Origin: Candidatus Poribacteria bacterium
GTDB taxonomy: Bacteria; Poribacteria; WGA-4E; PCPOR2b
Assembly (NCBI GenBank): GCA_965218095.1
Contig: OZ244587.1
Span: 2,624,001 to 2,688,000 of the forward strand
Direction: 5' to 3'
DNA length: 64,000 bases
Positions 39,856 to 47,429 of this stretch are shown one piece after another. Each line of letters opens with the position of its first letter. Position 1 is the stretch's first letter. Position numbers and translations under genes: made by a program. The notes beneath the pieces are model-generated. The model did no database searches. It was not told where the DNA came from and saw only the letters and a list, made by a program, of their open reading frames with translations.

Positions 39856-40551
39856 GTGACGCATCCAATTGAACGCATCACACAAAGGGATCCCAATTAC
39901 CCAGCGCAGTTGCGGGGGTATTTGAAAACAGAAGCCCCAGAAATTATCTGGGCGCGGGGGAATGTTGCCCTGCTGACGGATCGGGACACCGGCCCCGATA
40001 AGATCGGTTCCGTTCCGAGAATCCCGACTTGTCGGGAGATTCAAAGCAACTTAAACGGAAACCTCTGGGCACTCTTCTGTTCCAGCAAATGTCCCGCCCA
40101 GATTATCTTGAAAACGCATGAATTGGCTCAGCAATTTCGGGAATCAGGGATACCCACCATAGGAGGTTATCATTCCCCGGTTGAGCGGGAATGCCTTCGC
40201 GTCTTGCTGCGGGGGTCACAACCGATTATCCTATGTCCCGCCCGGAGTATCGAAAACATGCGACCGAGACCAGAGTGGAAAGGGGCATTAGCCGAGGGGC
40301 GTCTGTTAATCCTATCTATTTTTGATAGCAAACATCGGCGATCGACCGCAGCATTGGCAAGCCAACGCAACGCATTTGTTGCGGCACTTGCGGACAAGAT
40401 ATGTATCGCCCATGCCTCGGAAGGTGGTAAGACTCTGCAATTCGCACATCAGGTATTGGAATGGGGCAAACCCCTTTTCACCTTTGACACACCAGCAAAC
40501 AAATCGCTTTTTCAATGCGGCGCGCAGCCGATAGAAAGCCCCTGTCTCTGA
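39856..40551 (+). CDS. DprA/Smf-like (SLOG superfamily) protein, short form
   Basis: DPNYPAQL, ALFCSSKCP, GGYHSPVERECL, QRNAFVAALAD, GGKT. Confidence 0.8.
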   Translation: MTHPIERITQRDPNYPAQLRGYLKTEAPEIIWARGNVALLTDRDTGPDKIGSVPRIPTCREIQSNLNGNLWALFCSSKCPAQIILKTHELAQQFRESGIPTIGGYHSPVERECLRVLLRGSQPIILCPARSIENMRPRPEWKGALAEGRLLILSIFDSKHRRSTAALASQRNAFVAALADKICIAHASEGGKTLQFAHQVLEWGKPLFTFDTPANKSLFQCGAQPIESPCL

Positions 40552-40804
40552 AACACATTGAGATCCCACAGCCCCAAGAGGCAGTTGAGTACCTCCAAAA
40601 GGTCATTCAGGCAGAACCTGAAAATGTTGGCGCATACATGGTCTGGGGGACAGTTACCGCAGCTTACGAAAATTCCTATTTGGAGAAGATGTTTGGGCCG
40701 CTTTTTGACAGGTTGTACGAACCTGAATCTACCAGTTCTGCACCTGAAGATGTTCAATTTCATTAAAATGAGCATCTCGTAAGACAACAATTAAATCGTA
40801 CTGC

Positions 40805-41061
40805 TTAGCAATTGTAGCAGTAGAGCTCACCAATCACGGGCGAAGCCAAGAACACTTTCTCAGTGTCTCTCATTCCCTCTTGTACCACCACCTCACCGGC
40901 AAACAGCGCAATAATGATGTTTGTATCCAGCAGATCCTTATCCGCTGTGCCCTTTGGATGTGCGCCCAAAAGTGCCCGCGTGAAATCCAAAACCTTTCCC
41001 TGTAGTGCGTGAGCCCCTCCAAGTGCTTTATAATCTGCTGAGTGGTCATCGAATCAGCCAT
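40805..41061 (-). pseudogene. vapBC-like remnant (antitoxin fragment joined to a PIN N-terminus)
   Basis: LLDTNIIIALF...SPVIGELY PIN start, truncated; preceded by a frameshifted small-protein fragment. Confidence 0.65.
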
Positions 41062-41299
41062 CGGGTTACCCCCATCTCAATTCATAATTATTGACTCCCG
41101 AAATATGCACCGACCACGATGAGCACACTCAACACAAAGGTGCCGATTACCAGTTTGTTGAATAGAATTTTCATAAATTTCAGTTCTTTTTTTTCAAAAG
41201 CCGAACCTTTTGTCCTATCGTTTGTCCAATCATAACGAAAGTCGTGTTGCATAAACTAACAGCAAACTGATTCCACTTTATTTAACGGAGGGAAATATC

Positions 41300-41917
41300 A
41301 TGTCTCTAACTTTGCGGAAACCCAATCTATCGAGCTCAAAATTGAATCGTCCACTCATAGCTGTGTTTGTCATCGGTTTCGTACTGACAAGTGCATACCT
41401 CATCTCCGCCCAAGAGGATACGCGCCCCGAGCGTTCCACCCGCCAACAGCGGGATCGTGGGGAACGCGGCGAGGGCGGCAGAGGTCAATTTAATCTCGCA
41501 CAGATGGTCGAACGACAAACCCAACGCGCTATCGAGGCCTTGAACCTTTCTGACGAAGAAACTGCTGTCTTAGTGCCGAAAATCAAGGCAATTACACAGC
41601 AACGTATGCAGCAACGCCAAGAGTTGCGGCCGTTTGCAGAAGCACTGCGCACGGCGGTCGATGGTGAAGATGACGTACAGATTAAGTCCGCACTCGAAAC
41701 CCTCAAAGCGAAGCGGGGCGAACAGAAGACGACATCCGAAGCGTTGGAGAAGGAGCTCGTTGAGCTCCTGACTTTGCGCCAAGAAGCTCAGTTGACTATC
41801 GCTGGCGTTGTCAACAGTGATGGCGGATTCGGGGGATTTGGCGGTCGTCGGGGTCGCTTCGGCAGTGGAGACAGACGCCGCGGTGATAGACCGAATAGAC
41901 CACGTGGTAATCAATAG
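41300..41917 (+). CDS. Exported helical protein with R/G-rich tracts
   Basis: GGAGG RBS, signal-like segment, ALNLSDEE, LTLRQEAQL, C-terminal GGFGGFGGRRGRFG. Confidence 0.8.
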   Translation: MSLTLRKPNLSSSKLNRPLIAVFVIGFVLTSAYLISAQEDTRPERSTRQQRDRGERGEGGRGQFNLAQMVERQTQRAIEALNLSDEETAVLVPKIKAITQQRMQQRQELRPFAEALRTAVDGEDDVQIKSALETLKAKRGEQKTTSEALEKELVELLTLRQEAQLTIAGVVNSDGGFGGFGGRRGRFGSGDRRRGDRPNRPRGNQ

Positions 41918-41941
41918 TATCGGGATTTGAGCCAAGCAGCC

Positions 41942-41982
41942 AAGGGGAAAGTGGAGATGACCTTTCCCCTTAGTCGCTTTTT
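41942..41982 (+). terminator. Possible intrinsic terminator or stabilising hairpin
   Basis: aaggggaaag-N10-ctttcccctt followed by a short T run. Confidence 0.45.
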
Positions 41983-42011
41983 CCTGAACCCAACCTGAAC
42001 ACAAGAGGAGA

Positions 42012-42554
42012 ATGCGGATGAAACTCCAAACATTGCACAGTGGATTTATCTTTGCCATCATGATACTTACCATATCTGCATGTGGTAGCCCGAAGTTGCT
42101 AGACATCGAAAAAACCTCAAAAACCTTAAACCTCTCGGAAATCCAACGCAATGTGGTGCGGTCCAAAGTGCAACAGATTGAGAGGATTGTTGAGGATTAT
42201 GAATTAGAGAAGAAGACGTTGGAGTCCGAGTTGGCGGAGATGCGAAATCGGATGCGCGGCGGTGGACGCGGATTTGGTGGCGGCGGTGGCGGCTTCGGAG
42301 GTCGTAGAGGCGGCGGAATGCGTAGCAGTTTTCAGAACAAGATGCAGGCGTTCTATAAACAGCACACAGCTTTTCAAAAACAGATTGACGCTTTAGTCGC
42401 GGAACTCCAAGAGATTCTCGACGAGGAACAGCAAGAGAAATTCGCCGACATCAAACTGCCCGAGCTAAAATTGCCCGAAATGGGACGTGGTGGCGGATTT
42501 GGTGGCGGTCGCAGACGTGGTAGTAGAAGTGGATTTGGCGGTTTGGGCGGATAA
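42012..42554 (+). CDS. Lipoprotein with RGG/GGFGG tracts
   Basis: Lipobox ISAC; LNLSEIQ and ILDEEQQEKF (Spy/CpxP-like LTxxQ pattern); two Gly/Arg/Phe tracts. Confidence 0.8.
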   Translation: MRMKLQTLHSGFIFAIMILTISACGSPKLLDIEKTSKTLNLSEIQRNVVRSKVQQIERIVEDYELEKKTLESELAEMRNRMRGGGRGFGGGGGGFGGRRGGGMRSSFQNKMQAFYKQHTAFQKQIDALVAELQEILDEEQQEKFADIKLPELKLPEMGRGGGFGGGRRRGSRSGFGGLGG

Positions 42555-42790
42555 CCCGCAAGTCCACAAACAATCACACAGGATCAAGGAATGGCGATTT
42601 AATAACCTCGCGCTCGTTACCATATTAGCGATGATGCTTCTGAGCGTCTCGCTAATAACCGATGGTGTTGAATGTGCGGGGCAGGCCGGGACAGACCGTT
42701 GCGCCAAACGTTTGAAATTTGCAATTTCCATTCAGGGTTGTCCCTACTACAGACAGCCTAAATATCGTAAACTCACATGAGGAGACAATC

Positions 42791-44062
42791 ATGATACGAA
42801 AATTTAGCCGTTCAGCAAACGCATTTTTGCATATCACTATTGTGCTTATGAGTAGCAGTATCGTCGGAGCGGAAAATCACGAACCAGTGGCTCAAGCGGA
42901 GTGGCGCCAATGGCGGGGCGCAAATCGGGATGGAGTATCTCTCGAAACAGGTATCCTCAAGGCGTGGCCAGAGACGGGGCCAAAAGAGTTGTGGCGGATT
43001 CCACTTGGCGACGGATTTTCAGGGATCTCAATTGCAAACGGACGCGCTTACACCATGTTCGCCAAAGGGGATGACGAGGTTGTCGTGTGTCTTGATACCG
43101 AAACGGGGGCCGAGCTTTGGCGGCATCTTGACGATTGGTTTTACGAGGAGCGTCAGGGCGGAAACGGTCCGCGCTCAACGCCGACGGTTGATGGCGACAC
43201 GGTTTACGTCCTGAGTGCTTTTGGTCGGCTGGTCGCGCTCGACGCAAATACAGGAGAACAACTCTGGGACCTCGATTTCACAAAAGCATTTTCGAGTCCA
43301 ATGCCGCGCTGGGGCTTCTCGACATCGCCCGTTGTCGAAGGCGACTGGTTGCTCGTTGAGGTCGGCGGCACAAACGACAACACGATTGTCGCCCTTAATA
43401 AGGGGAGTGGTAAACGTATTTGGGGGGTGGCCACTTCGCCCTCCAGCTACTCCTCCCCAATTCTTGTGACCGTCAACGGCGTCCGACAGGCGCTCTTTTT
43501 CGCACGCGATGAACTTCTCGCCGTTTCGCCCAAAGATGGAAACGTGTACTGGCGTTATCCGTGGCATGGGGGGCGGAACAGCGAAAATCGTGTAACACCG
43601 GTGTTCATCCCACCGGATAAGGTTTTCATCTCCACCCGTACTGGTGATTCCGGTGTTGTCCTACGGATAGTAGGCACCGCCGCCGGTATGCGCGTCGAAG
43701 AGGTGTGGCGCAACCATACGATGATTAATGGCTTTTCCACAACCGTACTTCATGACGGTTACATCTATGGTTTCTCAAACACTATCTTTAAGTGTGTCAA
43801 CGCGGATACAGGCGAGGAAAAGTGGAAGACTCGCGGATTCGGTCAAGGCACGGTCATCTATGCCGATCGCCACCTGATCGTTCTCGGCGAAAATGGCAAT
43901 CTCGCGCTCGTTGAAGCGACCCCGGAAGCGTACCGCGAAGTTGCACAGTCGCAAGTGCTTTCTGGACAGTGCTGGACAGTACCGACGCTATCTGGCGGCA
44001 AACTTTACCTGCGAAATCATCAAGAGATGGTCTGTTTGGATCTAAGCGAGCAAGGAGAATAG
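42791..44062 (+). CDS. Exported PQQ-like (BamB-type) beta-propeller protein
   Basis: WRQWRGANRDG, GPRSTP, SYSSP, CWTVPTLSGGKLYLR. Confidence 0.88.
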   Translation: MIRKFSRSANAFLHITIVLMSSSIVGAENHEPVAQAEWRQWRGANRDGVSLETGILKAWPETGPKELWRIPLGDGFSGISIANGRAYTMFAKGDDEVVVCLDTETGAELWRHLDDWFYEERQGGNGPRSTPTVDGDTVYVLSAFGRLVALDANTGEQLWDLDFTKAFSSPMPRWGFSTSPVVEGDWLLVEVGGTNDNTIVALNKGSGKRIWGVATSPSSYSSPILVTVNGVRQALFFARDELLAVSPKDGNVYWRYPWHGGRNSENRVTPVFIPPDKVFISTRTGDSGVVLRIVGTAAGMRVEEVWRNHTMINGFSTTVLHDGYIYGFSNTIFKCVNADTGEEKWKTRGFGQGTVIYADRHLIVLGENGNLALVEATPEAYREVAQSQVLSGQCWTVPTLSGGKLYLRNHQEMVCLDLSEQGE

Positions 44063-44232
44063 TCGATACAAAATACGATCACCCACTGTGCACCCCCTCT
44101 CAAGAAGAGAAACGATTCGACTTCAACAACAACGGTCAACTCAGCGAAGATGAAAAGCAACTGAGCCCAACGAAATGCCACGGGGCGCGGGACGTTAGCG
44201 TTAGCCGAATTTTTCAGAGGTAGAAACAACCA

Positions 44233-44919
44233 ATGAAGCAAGCAAAAATTCTGGGGATTACGGTTTTGGGGTTCATCGCATGTTTTATTATCTTCAAAAT
44301 GGTGCAGAGCGATACGGCTCCCGAACCGTTTCAGTCTCCACAAGCTCCAACCGTATCTCAGCCTACTTTCTCCCCGAAGCGGGCTTTTTCTTTTCACCGA
44401 GAACTAAAGGATTATGAGATTATCGCCGAAAATAACCTGTTTCGACCGCTCGGCTGGAAAAGGGAGGTCCGCCCGCCGGACAAACCCACCCCAACGGTCG
44501 CCCCTGAACCGATTGTTGAAATACCGCCCGCACCCCCGCCGCCGACCTACGCGCTGGTTCTGACGGGGATTGCGAAAAACGGTTCAGACTGGATTGCCGT
44601 TGTCGAAGACCGGGAGCGCAATGAAGGGGCGTTTCTCCGGCGCGGCGAAATGCTAAAGGACGCACGGGTGCAAGATATTTTGTCTGAACATATCACGCTG
44701 GCTCGCGGCGAGACGACCATTCAACTTGCCCTGGGAGAAGGCATCGAATACGGAATAGATGGGCGGATGCGATTCGACACGGCTGGCACAGTGAAAATGC
44801 CGAAACTCGCCGACGAAACGAACAAGCCACCGGAAACGCAGGCGGATAGTGGCAGCGACAGTGCGCAAAGTCTAATTGAACGCATGCGAGAAAGGAGAAG
44901 AAGGGAGTTGAATCAATGA
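44233..44919 (+). CDS. GspC-like membrane-anchored type II secretion accessory protein
   Basis: N-terminal TM, NLFRP, Pro-rich linker, LVLTGI..AVVED..GE HR-like domain; overlaps the secretin start. Confidence 0.65.
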   Translation: MKQAKILGITVLGFIACFIIFKMVQSDTAPEPFQSPQAPTVSQPTFSPKRAFSFHRELKDYEIIAENNLFRPLGWKREVRPPDKPTPTVAPEPIVEIPPAPPPPTYALVLTGIAKNGSDWIAVVEDRERNEGAFLRRGEMLKDARVQDILSEHITLARGETTIQLALGEGIEYGIDGRMRFDTAGTVKMPKLADETNKPPETQADSGSDSAQSLIERMRERRRRELNQ

Positions 44920-47306
44920 CAGAACCCTTAAAATGGGTATTTAACCTTAGTTGTTTACTGCTTTTTCTCCTTACAGTGTCTGTTTTGGTAATTGGTGAAA
45001 ACAAAGTTGCCGAAGGAGAAGCTGAGCCGGAACGCATCTCCATGCGCTTCAAAGATGCTTCGCTCGACCATGTCTTGGAATTTCTCTCCAATGCGACGGG
45101 CTATACCATCATCAAGTCGGCAGATCTGGATGTGCGCGTCACCATCATCAGCCCCGACGACATGCCGGTGGATGGGGCGTTTTCGGTGTTGAACTCTATT
45201 TTGGCAATCAAAGGATATACCAGCATCATCAACGGGCAGAGCGCGAAAATTGTCCCGCTGGCAGATGCGAAACTTGAAGCGACGCCGATACAGGTCGGAA
45301 GCGACCCGGAGGGGATTAAATCGGAGGATACCATTGTCACGCAGGTGATGCCGCTGTCTTCGGCGGATGCGACACAACTGGTCAAAGACCTCAAGGACTT
45401 CGTCCCGCAATACGGTGTGATGACCGCCTATGGTCGAAGTAACACCTTAATCATCACAGCGGCTTCGGCGAATATCAAAAGGTTAGCTAAAATCGTCAAG
45501 CAACTCGATATTTCGATGGCGGACCGGATCAAGATTGAGGTGTTTTCACTGCAATATGCGGACGCCGCCAAGTTAGCCGAAGTCATCACCAAACTGTACG
45601 AGAAGCCGAAGGATGCCGAAACCGCAGCCGAACAGGAGCGGCAGCAGCGTGGGCGTCGAGGCGGATTTGGTGGTCGAGGTCAATTTGGTGGAGATGGCGC
45701 GGGAGATGAAGCCGCAGCCGCTGAAAGTAGTCCCACAGAAGGCGGTGCGCTTCAACTGCTCAGCGAAGTCAAAGCGGTCGCCGATGAAAACACCAACTCG
45801 CTGATTGTCTCTGCCAGCCAACAGAACCTCACTGTGATTCGCGGGCTCGTTTCAGAGCTGGACACACAACGCTTTTCAGAGCCAGAGACGCGTGTGTTCT
45901 CCCTGAAATACGGCGATGCGACGGAGATTGCCAATGAACTGAACCAAGCCTTTTCCAGTGCCGCACGGAACGTCTTTACCGGCGGCGGATTTGGTGGATT
46001 TGGCGGCAGAGGTAGACGGTTTTTTGAAGAGCAACAGCAGGGACGCAGTGGGCAAGGCGGCGAAGGCGTCCTCGGTCTGCCGGAGTTGACGGCTGTTCCC
46101 GACGCACGCACCAACTCAGTCATGGTAACAACAACAAGACAGCAGATGAACGCTGTCGGCAAATTGATTGAACAACTTGACCGGGACATCGCGGACTTTG
46201 CTGAGGACAGCCGGATTTTCACCCTCGAACACGCGGATGCGGCGAATGTGTCGGCTATCCTCAACGAACTGTTGTCAACAGAACTCTTTGAACGCCAAGC
46301 GGCAACCCGCACAAACTTCATTGGAGGTGGATTTGGCGGGTTCGGGGGCGGATTCGGCGGGAGAACGATATCCACCGGCGCGTTGGGGTCGAGCGCACAA
46401 ACCGCCGATGCTGCACGAGGGCTCACAGGCAACGTGAAAATCGTCGCCGATGAAGAGACAAACGCCCTGCTGATTACCACGTTTGTTCGGAATTTCCCCG
46501 CCGTTGAAAAACTGATCAAAGCACTGGATGTGCTACTCCCCCAAGTGCTCATCGAGGCGCAGATTATCGAGGTGACACTCGATGACGAAAGCGCGTTCGG
46601 AGTCGAGTGGATGTGGGAGCAGGGCACGACCATCAACGATGAGACCCATCACCAGGATGCAACAAGCGATTTCGGGCTGACCGAAGAGATTTTCGGCTTG
46701 AAATACGGCATCTTCTCCGGCAAGCTGGACACAATGCTCCACGCCCTGACGAAGGACACGAAGGTCAATATCCTCTCCACGCCGCGCATCATGACCAAAA
46801 ACAATCAGGAAGCGATTATCAACGTCGGTCAAGCGGTGCCCTTTCTGGTTAGTACGCAGGAGACAGCGACGGGCGGCATCTTGACTAGCACAGACTTTCG
46901 GGATGTCGGCGTCATTCTGACAGTCACGCCGCGCATCAACCGCTCTGGAACAGTTTCTCTTGATGTCAACCAACAGATTAACAGCCTGGTTGAATTTACG
47001 CTGTTTGACGCCCCGATCATCTCCACACGCGAGGCGTCGGCGGCCGTCACCGTCAAGGACAAGCAGACGATGGTCATCGGCGGGATGATCAAGGACGACA
47101 AGACCGAGACGGTTCACAAGATACCGGTTCTGGGAGATATTCCGCTTCTTGGGAAGTTGTTTCGGCGAACGGACACGCGGGTTGAGAAGACGGAGTTGAT
47201 GGTGTTCATTACGCCGCATGTGGTCTACACCGATGCGGATGCGAATCAGGTGACGACAGAGCAGAAAGCGAAGCTATACATGCAGAAGGGCAAAACGGAT
47301 AACTAG
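44916..47306 (+). CDS. gspD: Type II secretion system secretin GspD
   Basis: N0 (FKDASL), repeated N domains (DENTNSLIV, DARTNSVMV, DEETNALLI), QVLIEAQIIEV, LSTP, VGVILTVTPRI, IPVLGDIPLLGKLF, ELMVFITP. Confidence 0.92.
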   Translation: MTEPLKWVFNLSCLLLFLLTVSVLVIGENKVAEGEAEPERISMRFKDASLDHVLEFLSNATGYTIIKSADLDVRVTIISPDDMPVDGAFSVLNSILAIKGYTSIINGQSAKIVPLADAKLEATPIQVGSDPEGIKSEDTIVTQVMPLSSADATQLVKDLKDFVPQYGVMTAYGRSNTLIITAASANIKRLAKIVKQLDISMADRIKIEVFSLQYADAAKLAEVITKLYEKPKDAETAAEQERQQRGRRGGFGGRGQFGGDGAGDEAAAAESSPTEGGALQLLSEVKAVADENTNSLIVSASQQNLTVIRGLVSELDTQRFSEPETRVFSLKYGDATEIANELNQAFSSAARNVFTGGGFGGFGGRGRRFFEEQQQGRSGQGGEGVLGLPELTAVPDARTNSVMVTTTRQQMNAVGKLIEQLDRDIADFAEDSRIFTLEHADAANVSAILNELLSTELFERQAATRTNFIGGGFGGFGGGFGGRTISTGALGSSAQTADAARGLTGNVKIVADEETNALLITTFVRNFPAVEKLIKALDVLLPQVLIEAQIIEVTLDDESAFGVEWMWEQGTTINDETHHQDATSDFGLTEEIFGLKYGIFSGKLDTMLHALTKDTKVNILSTPRIMTKNNQEAIINVGQAVPFLVSTQETATGGILTSTDFRDVGVILTVTPRINRSGTVSLDVNQQINSLVEFTLFDAPIISTREASAAVTVKDKQTMVIGGMIKDDKTETVHKIPVLGDIPLLGKLFRRTDTRVEKTELMVFITPHVVYTDADANQVTTEQKAKLYMQKGKTDN

Positions 47307-47429
47307 CATCAGTCCATATTTCAAACAATTATCGTACACAGCAGCAAATATCGTGAAAACTCACAGCCTTGTCCTCGCGGAAGCGGGGAGATTACATCGG
47401 GATTCAAATCAACCGGCTTGGAGGAGCCC

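Noticed and set aside
40515-40766. 83-aa ORF as a real TPR-like gene
   Set aside because: Overlaps the DprA-like gene, has no clear start or RBS, and is at most a fragment
20264-41061. Prophage, ICE or integron
   Set aside because: No integrase, phage structural or conjugation genes, and I could not identify attC R/L boxes in the palindromes
44233-47306. Complete type II secretion or type IV pilus locus
   Set aside because: No assembly ATPase, GspF platform or pseudopilin genes in the window
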